From contig DGOE01000041.1 of assembly GCA_002389295.1 (NCBI GenBank), positions 15,080 through 79,079 on the forward strand: 64,000 nucleotides of DNA, in the 5' to 3' direction. The stretch comes from Flavobacteriales bacterium UBA4474 (lineage in GTDB: Bacteria; Bacteroidota; Bacteroidia; Flavobacteriales_D; Sanyastnellaceae). The number at the start of each line of letters is the position of its first letter. Position 1 is the first letter of the stretch. The translations under genes were made by a program, and so were the position numbers. Of the stretch, positions 28,192-37,500 are shown piece after piece. A model generated the notes under the pieces. It did not search any database and had not been told where the DNA came from. It saw nothing but the letters and a program-made list of their open reading frames with translations.

Positions 28192-29053
28192 CCCCATCCT
28201 GAAGATGGAACAGGGCCGTCGAAAACGGCTTCGGCCCTGTTCCGCCTTCAAGGTCTTCGTCTCGAAGTTCCAAGGCGATCGCCCAAGCATGGTACTGTGC
28301 TGAGCCAACGGGCACCTTGTTGCGCTGCACCTCTTTTTTCAATGCGAGCATAAGCTCCCACCCCTCCGCGTTCCAAGCCTCAACTGAATCGCAACCAGCC
28401 TCCAACCCCAGCTGTGCTGGGTCCGATGCCGTGCGATCTGCTGTTGGTGTGACTTCCCTTGCGGCCAGCCACCGGCCACCGGGCCCGCTATAAGGCCGGC
28501 TCAAAAACAACAGGGGAAGCGTGTCCAATTGCGCCGCTGCATAGCCAGACAATTCGTCATCCTTGAGGGTGTCTCCAGTCAGTTCAAGACCGCCATAGGG
28601 CCAGCACTCCCATTGGCCTGCATCCCATTTCCCCTTCAATTCCCTGATGAGCTGCGCCCGATCGAAATGCCGGATTTCCGGCGCGCCCCAGATGAGATTG
28701 CCCAGGCGCTCAGGCCAAGGATAGCGCGTGGAAATGGATTCTGAAATGGTGACGCCTGTGGGTGATGCCTCCACGGTCACTTCCCATGTCCACCCCCCAT
28801 CATGGTCTCCTTCAAAGGTGGCCTTGACCCTGTCAGCACCCCTTTCGAAAGTGGGCCGTTCAATGGACGAGTGGTCCAGAAAAAAGGGATGTACCTGCGC
28901 CAAATCCCACAAGGCGTCATTGACCAGCACCGGGGCATACCTCACCTCTATTCGGTTCGTGCTCGTCTGACCAACGGGCGATGCCAAGGCCAGGGCCAAA
29001 CACCCCAGCATTACAATGCCCCCCATCAAACCCAACCAGCCCAGCACTTTCAT
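28160..29053 (-). CDS. Membrane-anchored/secreted hypothetical protein
   Basis: 297 aa with N-terminal hydrophobic anchor MKVLGWLGLMGGIVMLGCLALALA. ATGA-coupled to the upstream GT2 gene. No motif I recognise. Confidence 0.55.
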   Translation of the reverse strand: MKVLGWLGLMGGIVMLGCLALALASPVGQTSTNRIEVRYAPVLVNDALWDLAQVHPFFLDHSSIERPTFERGADRVKATFEGDHDGGWTWEVTVEASPTGVTISESISTRYPWPERLGNLIWGAPEIRHFDRAQLIRELKGKWDAGQWECWPYGGLELTGDTLKDDELSGYAAAQLDTLPLLFLSRPYSGPGGRWLAAREVTPTADRTASDPAQLGLEAGCDSVEAWNAEGWELMLALKKEVQRNKVPVGSAQYHAWAIALELRDEDLEGGTGPKPFSTALFHLQDGVNVPAVGQQP

Positions 29054-30105
29054 GTCTGAGCATTCAATTGGGGTGCCTCGGGCACGTCACGGACTTCTCC
29101 GATCAAGGAATCGCGCTGTTTGAACAGCACCACCGCAGCATACTCCGACAACAGCCCCCATCCATAAGCACTCAACTGAATTCGGGCTGCGCGCGGCACC
29201 AAGAGCGCGACTTTCAACGAGCGCGACTTGATCAGGGCCTCAACAAACAATGCCACATGCCACACTACAAAAGGCACCAGTGGCACCAATCCCCCCATGG
29301 TCCCCCACCCTTTCTTCCATAGGAGGGTGCCCAACAACAGGGGAATCAAGGCCAGAACATAGATGAGAAATGCGGTGGGCATCCAGTGCAAGGGCCGAAG
29401 ACTTCCAGGAAAGAACCGGCGAATATTGACCCGCGCCCGCCCAAAGAACTCAACCTGCTTGCGGAACTGTCTAAAATCTGTGCGCCGCTTGTGGAAGACG
29501 ACGGCATCGGGAATGAGCGCTGATTTCAGCCCATGGGCAAGGAGACGCATGGAAAATTCGATGTCCTCCCCCTTCACCGTAATGCGATATCCCCCGCTCA
29601 CCTCCCAGGCCTTTCGGGAAATCCCCATGTTGAAAGACCTCGGTTGGTAGGTGCCCACCTGCTGCTGACCTCCCCGGATGCCCCCTGTGGTCAGAAACGA
29701 AGTCATCGAATGGCTAATGGCCTTCTGAACGGGGGTGAAGGAGGGGTGCGCAGCGTCAGGCCCGCCGTAAACATCGACATCGGGATGCCCGTCAAGGAAA
29801 TCGACGACATGCTCGAAATAGCGCGCGGGAATCAAACAGTCCGAATCAAAGACCACCATCCAATCCCCTTTGGCGCGCTCAAATCCGAAGTTGCGGGTAA
29901 AGCCCTGCCGCTCGTTTTCCTTCCAGAAATATTGAACGTCCAACCGGTCTGCAAACGAAGACACAATCTCACGGGCATCTCGGTCACTGCCGTCCTCGAC
30001 CACAAGGACCTCAAAATCCTTGACCGTCTGCAGGGTCAAACTCTCGAGCAGCTCGCGGATTTCATCCGGTCGGTTATACAGGGGCACGATGACAGAAAAA
30101 CGCAC
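29050..30105 (-). CDS. Family 2 glycosyltransferase with C-terminal transmembrane segments
   Basis: MRFSVIVPLYNRPDEIRELLESL..QT..DFEVLVVEDGSD, FDSD (DxD), GEDIEFSMRL, then about 4 TM helices. Confidence 0.85.
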   Translation of the reverse strand: MRFSVIVPLYNRPDEIRELLESLTLQTVKDFEVLVVEDGSDRDAREIVSSFADRLDVQYFWKENERQGFTRNFGFERAKGDWMVVFDSDCLIPARYFEHVVDFLDGHPDVDVYGGPDAAHPSFTPVQKAISHSMTSFLTTGGIRGGQQQVGTYQPRSFNMGISRKAWEVSGGYRITVKGEDIEFSMRLLAHGLKSALIPDAVVFHKRRTDFRQFRKQVEFFGRARVNIRRFFPGSLRPLHWMPTAFLIYVLALIPLLLGTLLWKKGWGTMGGLVPLVPFVVWHVALFVEALIKSRSLKVALLVPRAARIQLSAYGWGLLSEYAAVVLFKQRDSLIGEVRDVPEAPQLNAQT

Positions 30106-30176
30106 AGCCCGAAAGTAGCACGTCCTTTCAAGGCGGCCACCGCATTCTCACAGGTGTCAACCTTTATATTGCCGAT

Positions 30177-31454
30177 GTGATCACACAAGACGCCCCCATC
30201 CTCGGCCTGTTGTTGGCCTGCCTTGCCCTGGTATTCCACACCTCACGCTTGGACAAATTCAAGGGATTCTACAAATACGTGCCTGCCCTGCTCATGGCCT
30301 ATTTCCTGCCGGCCATTCTCAATTCGACCGGAATCATCGAGGCAGGCGAGGGCAGCAGCCTGTATTTCGTGGCGAGCAGGTATTTGCTCCCGGCAAGCTT
30401 GATCATGTTCTGCCTGTCCATCGACATCAAAGGCATCATCAACCTGGGTCCCAAAGCGTTGATCATGTTTTTTGCGGCCACCCTCGGCATCATCATCGGA
30501 GGTCCTTTGGCGCTGTGGCTGGTCGGACAGATCCGTCCGGACGTCTTTGGAGGTGATGCCCCCGATGCGCTGTGGCGCGGGCTGTCCACCATTGCGGGCA
30601 GTTGGATTGGCGGAGGGGCCAACCAGACCGCTCTCAAAGAAATCGCGCAAGCCCAGGATGACCAGTTCAGCGTGATGATCATCGTGGATGTGTTTGTGGC
30701 CAATCTTTGGATGCCTTTTCTGCTCATCGGTGCGGGCATGAGTGCTGTCATTGACAAAAGGCTCAAGGCGGATGCGTCAGCCATCGATGACCTCAAGGAC
30801 AAGGTGGAGGCTTACCAGAGCAGCATCGCCCGAATCCCCTCATTCAATGACCTCATGGTATTGTTGGGCGTCATCTTCGGCATGGTAGGGCTGGCGCACC
30901 TGATGGGTGGTGGCATCAGCGGCGGAATGGCCGACTGGTACGACATGGCCTTGGCCCGCGATGCCGAGTCGCCCATGCGCTTCCTCAGCTCATTGAAAAG
31001 CCCCTTCTTTTGGTTGGTATTCCTGTCCACCATGTTTGGCGTGGCCTTGAGTTTTACGCCCATGAGGACCTACGAAGGCGCCGGGGCAAGCAAATTGGCC
31101 AGCGTCTTTCTCTACGTTTTGGTGGCCACCATCGGCGCCAAAATGGACATCGGCGAGCTGATCGCCTCTTGGAACCTGTATTGGCCTGTGCTGGTCATCG
31201 GCCTGCTGTGGATGCTGGTCCACGTCACCATCCTGCTTACGGTAGCCAAAATCATTCGCGCCCCATTCTTCTTTGTAGCGGTAGGCAGTCAAGCCAATGT
31301 CGGCGGCGCTGCCAGTGCGCCAATCGTAGCCAGTGCATTCAGTCCAGCCCTGGCGCCGGTCGGCGTGCTGCTGGCGGTATTGGGTTATGCCGTCGGCACC
31401 GTGGGCGCCGTGATTTGCATGGAGATCATGCGTTATCTGAGCATGGCTGGATGA
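30177..31454 (+). CDS. DUF819-like polytopic membrane protein
   Basis: 425 aa with about 11 TM helices. The N-terminus ITQDAPILGLLLACLALVFHTS and overall layout resemble DUF819, from memory. Confidence 0.55.
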   Translation: MITQDAPILGLLLACLALVFHTSRLDKFKGFYKYVPALLMAYFLPAILNSTGIIEAGEGSSLYFVASRYLLPASLIMFCLSIDIKGIINLGPKALIMFFAATLGIIIGGPLALWLVGQIRPDVFGGDAPDALWRGLSTIAGSWIGGGANQTALKEIAQAQDDQFSVMIIVDVFVANLWMPFLLIGAGMSAVIDKRLKADASAIDDLKDKVEAYQSSIARIPSFNDLMVLLGVIFGMVGLAHLMGGGISGGMADWYDMALARDAESPMRFLSSLKSPFFWLVFLSTMFGVALSFTPMRTYEGAGASKLASVFLYVLVATIGAKMDIGELIASWNLYWPVLVIGLLWMLVHVTILLTVAKIIRAPFFFVAVGSQANVGGAASAPIVASAFSPALAPVGVLLAVLGYAVGTVGAVICMEIMRYLSMAG

Positions 31455-32814
31455 GGTAGTTCGTCCGGCGCCGGTCCGCCTTGTCTTGTTCTCTGACAAT
31501 CAGAATTTGACCGTGAAACACCCGGTACTCGTTGTTGACTTCACGGATGGCTTGGGCCCTGCGCGAGCGCTTGGTTTCTTCTGATTGTTCCGCGTCAAGG
31601 CCAAGGAACTTGTTCAACTGTGCCGTATCCATCACCCCCTCACCGAAAGCCACAAAACGCTTGGTCAACTGAGAAAAAGAATGGTCGCCATTGCTGGGGG
31701 CCACTCCATTTTTGGGTTCCGGTGTTGAAACTTCCATGCCTGCCTCCGGTTCCTGCCTCAAGCTCACCCTGCGCCCCAACACGAATGCGCCTCCAGATAA
31801 TACCAAGGCCAACAAGGCCCAACCGCCGATAGGAAGAGGAGCCGCTGATGAAGTTGCGACTTCCTCTTGCCCCAATGCTTCAGCTGGAATCGGAACCACA
31901 AAAGGCACCGCGTCCTCGAGGCCCGCTTCAAATGATGCAACCACATCGAAATCAGCCAGCACGTGCCATTCGGAATCGGCATTGACCTTTTGCAACTTCT
32001 GGAATCGGCTATTGTCCGTTGTGGATAGAATAAACCCCCGTTGCCCATTCTCATTGATTACTGGGGGAGCAATCATGGATCGATTGAAATCCACCGTCAC
32101 CACTGCCATGAGGTCCGATTTCCTGACAATGAAAGACTTGTGCAATCCGACCCAGAAAAAGTATGACTCAAAATCAATGGGCTGAGCTCTTTGGTCTGTG
32201 AGGTGGATATCCAATAAGGGATTGGCCATGCCCAATGGAGCCCAGACATTGGTCACAAGATCTAGAGCATGAACCAAACGGCGGTTCTTATTGTTTGGAA
32301 ACCGCCCATCTTCTGGATCCATTGCGATAACACGGTCAGCGCCAGCATCGAGCCATGTTCCCCGCTTCAAACAGTATTCCGGCTCACCTTTCGTCATCAA
32401 CCACTCCCACTCCCCTGTAGACTTGATGAACTCCAACAACATGGAATGCCTTTTCCAAAACCCTGCACCACCTATCGCGAAATACCGATTGTTCCAGTAG
32501 AAATGCCGTGCACCGAGGTTAAACCCATGGTTGTGACTGCGGCCGATGATGGCGCCCGTTGAGTCCATGACCATCCGCATGTCATCCACACGATTAAACC
32601 ACGCTCCGCGGCTGCCTGCGACCATTTCCATGGTACCCGAATTGCATGAAATTCCCGCCCAATGGTGTTCCTTCTCTGCCAACAGCAATTCCCAAGAGGT
32701 CTGCACATCGTCAAGAGCGAACCAGTCGCTGGGATCCATGCGCCGCAAATCATCCTGGGCTCCCAGTCTCAAGCTGAGGACCACACACAACAGGGCAAGG
32801 TGCGTTAAGCGCAT
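31426..32814 (-). CDS. Single-pass membrane protein: signal peptide, about 330-aa exo-domain, TM helix, about 110-aa basic cytoplasmic tail
   Basis: MRLTHLALLCVVLSLRLGAQ. TM helix PLPIGGWALLALVLSGGAFVLG. Tail ...LNKFLGLDAEQSEETKRSRRAQAIREVNNEYRV...DKADRRRTNYLI. Visibly more A/T-rich than its neighbours. Confidence 0.6.
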   Translation of the reverse strand: MRLTHLALLCVVLSLRLGAQDDLRRMDPSDWFALDDVQTSWELLLAEKEHHWAGISCNSGTMEMVAGSRGAWFNRVDDMRMVMDSTGAIIGRSHNHGFNLGARHFYWNNRYFAIGGAGFWKRHSMLLEFIKSTGEWEWLMTKGEPEYCLKRGTWLDAGADRVIAMDPEDGRFPNNKNRRLVHALDLVTNVWAPLGMANPLLDIHLTDQRAQPIDFESYFFWVGLHKSFIVRKSDLMAVVTVDFNRSMIAPPVINENGQRGFILSTTDNSRFQKLQKVNADSEWHVLADFDVVASFEAGLEDAVPFVVPIPAEALGQEEVATSSAAPLPIGGWALLALVLSGGAFVLGRRVSLRQEPEAGMEVSTPEPKNGVAPSNGDHSFSQLTKRFVAFGEGVMDTAQLNKFLGLDAEQSEETKRSRRAQAIREVNNEYRVFHGQILIVREQDKADRRRTNYLIQPCSDNA

Positions 32815-32960
32815 GATGCAAATGTCGGCTCCAGGACGAAGTATGTGCAAGCATATTTGCGTGCGTTATGTTCACACATATATTTTGCAATACACCGGGA
32901 CATGCTTTGGTCCATTTTTTGCGCGCTGAATTTTACTTATTATTTTATGTTTTAACGCAT

Positions 32961-33860
32961 TTGATTTCTACTGCATTTCACCCCTCTTATCGCCACGTTC
33001 TCCCCGAAACCCACCGTTTCCCCATGGAGAAATACGACCTTTTGAAAGATCAGCTGATTCACGAAGGGCTGATTGAAGTGAGCGACATTATTGTCCCTAC
33101 AGTTATTTCAGAGGAAGCCATCTTGCGTTGCCACAACGGCGAATACCTCCAGAAACTCCAAGAAGGCCGCCTTTCACGCAATGAAGAGCGTCAATCGGGA
33201 TTTCCTTGGTCCTTGTCCCTGATCAAGAGGGAACGCATCATCATGGAAGGCACACGCCTCTGTGGACGCATTGCCGCGAAAGGCCACGTGGCCATGAACA
33301 TCGCTGGAGGCACACATCATGCCCACGCTGCTCATGCCGAAGGGTTTTGCCTGCTCAATGACCTGGTCATCGCGGCACATGACCTCTTGGCCTTGGGCTT
33401 GGAGCGCATCCTCATTGTGGATTTGGACGTTCACCAAGGCAACGGCACGGCACGGATGACCGAGGACGATCCTCGTGTTTTTTCTTTCAGCATGCACGGC
33501 GCTTCCAATTACCCGCTGAGAAAGGCGCAAAGCAATCTTGATGTAGCGCTACCGGACGGCACAGGAGACGGGGTGTATTTGCATCGGCTCGCACAATCAC
33601 TGGACGAGGTCATGTCCCATTTCCTTCCGGAAGTTGTGCTGTACCAATGCGGCGTTGACGTGCTGGACTCAGACCGGCTGGGCCACCTTTCTCTAACACT
33701 CGATGGGTGCGCCAGGCGAGACAAAATGGTATTTGACGCCTGTCGAACTGCCGATATTGGCATCCTGTGCGCCATGGGGGGCGGCTACTCGGAGAATGTA
33801 TCCACGATTGTTCGCGCCCACACCAACACCTTTCGGATGGCACGTGACTGCTGGACCTGA
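32961..33860 (+). CDS. Histone deacetylase-family (arginase fold) amidohydrolase
   Basis: HPSYRHVLPETHRFPMEKY, NIAGGTHHAHAAHAEGFCLLND, IVDLDVHQGNGT, GGGY. Start is uncertain: the ATG at 32868 gives an odd 31-aa leader, so the TTG at 32961 (LISTAFHPSY) is preferred. Confidence 0.85.
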   Translation: MISTAFHPSYRHVLPETHRFPMEKYDLLKDQLIHEGLIEVSDIIVPTVISEEAILRCHNGEYLQKLQEGRLSRNEERQSGFPWSLSLIKRERIIMEGTRLCGRIAAKGHVAMNIAGGTHHAHAAHAEGFCLLNDLVIAAHDLLALGLERILIVDLDVHQGNGTARMTEDDPRVFSFSMHGASNYPLRKAQSNLDVALPDGTGDGVYLHRLAQSLDEVMSHFLPEVVLYQCGVDVLDSDRLGHLSLTLDGCARRDKMVFDACRTADIGILCAMGGGYSENVSTIVRAHTNTFRMARDCWT

Positions 33861-33870
33861 TCGGCGCGCT

Positions 33871-34455
33871 TCAATAAAAGTGACCCGTGATCTCCCTTTT
33901 CGCCTGGAGGTAAGCCGCATTATCAGCGTTTCTGACGCCATTGATGGCCATACGCTTGGCGATTTCAATTCCCCCTTGCTGCATGGCCGCTGACTTATCC
34001 GGATTGTTGGTGAGCAGTTCAATCCGGTTTACCGCGTAATGGGAAAGGATGGCCACGGCCTCCGCGTAGCTGCGCTCATCTGCGCCATGCCCCATGGCCT
34101 CATTGGCCTCAAAGGTGTTCATGCCATCATCCTGAAGGTTGTAAGCTTTGAGCTTGTCCACAAGGCCAATGCCCCTTCCCTCCTGTCGCAGATAAATCAA
34201 CATACCGCCATGCTCTTTGAAATGCGTCAGTGCCGTGTGCAGCTGCTCACCGCAATCGCACCTGCGGCTGGCAAAGACGTCACCGGTCATGCACTCACTG
34301 TGAATCCGAACAGGAACAGGCGTGCCGTCCGCCTTATTGGCTTCAATGCCGCGATGAAGGACCACATGCGGGAAGCGGTCCCCCTCTTTGCCGAAGGCAG
34401 CGATTTCATACTCCCCCCACTCGGATGGCAACCTACTCGAGACCAACAACTCCAT
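33871..34455 (-). CDS. ribA: GTP cyclohydrolase II
   Basis: VRIHSECMTGDVFASRRCDCGEQL (three Zn-ligand Cys), YLRQEGRGIGL, LLTNNPDK. Confidence 0.92.
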   Translation of the reverse strand: MELLVSSRLPSEWGEYEIAAFGKEGDRFPHVVLHRGIEANKADGTPVPVRIHSECMTGDVFASRRCDCGEQLHTALTHFKEHGGMLIYLRQEGRGIGLVDKLKAYNLQDDGMNTFEANEAMGHGADERSYAEAVAILSHYAVNRIELLTNNPDKSAAMQQGGIEIAKRMAINGVRNADNAAYLQAKREITGHFY

Positions 34456-34517
34456 GGTGCAAAATTACGGCGCAACCCGGGTGTCTCGGCTCATGGCGTC
34501 AAGACAAGGACAAAGAG

Positions 34518-34545
34518 AAAGGGCCGCCCGGATGGGCGGCCCTTT
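34518..34545 (-). terminator. GC-rich hairpin terminator downstream of the giant surface-protein gene
   Basis: AAAGGGCCGCCC-GGAT-GGGCGGCCCTTT: a perfect 12-bp stem. On the minus strand it is followed by CTCTTTGTCCTTG. Confidence 0.7.
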
Positions 34546-34571
34546 CAGCATGGTATTTCAACGGGTTGGGC

Positions 34572-37500
34572 TTATTCGCAAGCCTGTCCGAATGCACCGA
34601 GGACGATCAACAGGTCGCCCACCGCAGTGGCACCGTCACCGTCGATATCCGTAGGACAATCGCTGGCCCCCGTGAAGATGCATGAGCCATCATCCGAACT
34701 GGAGGCGGGGTTGTAGTTGTCCGCATCCGCATAAGTGCAACCAAATACGAGCGGGGTAGCACAAGATCCATCGTCGCTTCCTGCGAAGGGGCTGAACTCA
34801 GCACTCAGCGGGTCGGTACAACCGGCACACGCCTCACAGCTGTTAAAGCAGACCACATCCAACGTCATGTCAGAACCGGCCACGGTCACCAGGCGGTTGA
34901 ATCCGCCCTGTCCATTGTCGGCACCACAGTCGGCTGGAACTGTTTCCTGACCATCCCAAACGTTGCCGTTGATGAAGATGTACTGATAGGAGCCATTCGC
35001 AAGCTGCACGGTGTACTCATACAAGCCCAAACCAGGGGTCGTCATGGGCGTCGATCCGGGGTCCCAACCTTGGAACGCACCCGCAACGTGAACACCTTCA
35101 GCAGAGACCGCTTGGGTGCTCATATCGAGTCGAATGGTCACCACGTAAGCACATGAACCATCGTCCGCGACCGCATCCGCATCGTAGTTCTGTGCGTCAG
35201 CGTCGGTACACCCTGTCGCTGCGTCACATGCGTAGCAAGAATTCCAGCAGACCACATCCAATGTGGATGCGCCCGCCACGTCGAAGGTTCTGTTTGTGAA
35301 ACCATCAATGGTGCTTGTGCAAACAGCGCTGGGGTCGAAGTTCTCCTGATCAGACCATCCGTCTACAGTGAACTTGTATTCCACTGTTCCGATAGCCAAG
35401 TCCACCGTGACTTCGTAGACGTTGTCCGAATCATCGTCGGTCATGGTGATGCAAGCACCACACCAACCGGCGAAACTTCCGTTGAGGTTTACCATGCCGT
35501 AAGTACCGCTGTAACCGTCCATGTCCACCTGGAAGGTGACAGGATACGTACAGCTGCCATTGTCGTCGGTCGCTATGTCAGAGTAGTTGGTTGCCGAAGC
35601 ATCGGTACATCCGAAAATCTGACCTCCGCCTTCACAGTCGGAACAGCTGTTCCAGCAAACGACCGGCTCGCTCTGGTCACCCGCCACCTGCAACACACGG
35701 TTGGTGAAACCGAAATTCTCGGTGACACAAGCACCAATACCGGCCAGGTTCTCCTCTGCCGTCCAGCCGTTCACCGTGTACTTGTACTCGTAGTAATCAT
35801 AGGCCAACTCAATGGTTGCACTGTACACTCCATCGCCATCCTCATCGAGGAGCGCGTTGCAAGGACCACACCAACCATTGAACGTGCCGTTGACATACAC
35901 GGAATCGAGATCTGCCAGCGGGTATTCCGCCATGTTGACACTGAAAGTCACGTCGTAGAGACAGCTGCCATTATTTGCAGTGGCCGCTGCATCATAGTTG
36001 GAGGCGGCATCGTCGGTGCAACCGAGAACGGCGTCACCGGCAGCGCACTCCAAGCAGGATGCCCAACACACGACTCCCAGATCAATGGCGTCCAAACTTG
36101 ACACATCCAGGTCGCGGTTCGTGAAGCCGCCCGCCGTGCGGACGCAAGGTCCAACTTGATCACCACCTGGGGCAAGGTCTTCCTGATCAGCCCAACCATC
36201 AACCTGGTACTTGTAGGATTGATTCTCTCCCTCCGGTACGATGAGGGTGCCGGACCAAATACCGTCCAAATCATCATCTGTCAACTGGTTGCAGTCGCCA
36301 CAGAATTCATTCCAAGAGCCGGACACATTAACGAAGCCAAACGTGCCGCCGTAGTTGTTCATGTCTACGGAGAAGGTGACCTCTGCGCCGACCACGCCAC
36401 CGCCACAGGCAGAGCAGCTGTTGAAACAGACCACGTCGAGTGTCTCGTCGGACCCACTGCGGTCATGTGTGCGGTTGAAACCACCCACACCATTGTCAAC
36501 GCCGCAACCTCCAGCAGCGAAGTCAGCGGTCTCGCCGCCTTCCTCAGTACCTGCACCGTTCGGGTAGGGGTTGCCATTGAAGAACTTGTAAGAAATGCCT
36601 GCAGGTCCTGAAATCAGCGCGGTCGCGGTGTACACCAAGTCACCGTCTGAATCGTCCATCAGAATGGCGCCGGCCTGCCACACGGGATCCGTGAAGCTTC
36701 CGATCATGTAAACACTGTCTGCAATCAAGTCCGTTACCTCGCTCATGTCCACCTGGAAGGTGACGTTCGCTGGATCGGGATCAACAGCGCATTCGGTAGC
36801 CTCACCGCACTGAGCGAAACAGCCGGTGTAAGAGACGGGGCCAGAACCGTCAACAGTAAGGGATCGGTTGCCTCCGCAATCCAATTCCTCCCATCCTCCT
36901 GCCCCATTCTGGAACTTGAACTCGTAAGCGCCCGCCTCGAGGTCGAGGGTAATGGACCAGCTGCCGTCTCCGTTGTCGGACATGGCGGTACCGGACCAAC
37001 CTTCAAAGGCACCCGCTGCGTACATGCCATCACCTGCCACGGTGATGTTGTCGGCCAAGACCGTCAAAGTCGCCGCATAGGTGGCCGCACCGCAAGGGTT
37101 GCAGCTTGCGTAGCAATGCACAGGGTGGCTGTAATCAGAGGTCGGGACATCGAAACCGCGGTTGGTATCACCGGGGTACTGACAATCTCCAGGAACAGTC
37201 TCCTCGAAGCCCCAAGCCGTTCCATTCATCCACTTGTACTGAACGTTGGTGCCAGGAGCAGCGTTGAAGCTGTAGGACCAAGTGCCGTCACCATTATCGG
37301 TGGCCAGGGTAGAACCCGGAGACCAACCTTGGAATGAACCCGCAACGAAGACTCCAATGGGGTTGACCTCCTCTTCGCTCATGTCCACCGTGATGGTCAC
37401 CATCACGCTGTCGGGGCCGGCACCACAGGGGGTGCATGTATCATAGGTATCGGCAATATTGCCGTCGGTCACCATCCACTGGCGGTTGGCGTAGTTGGCG

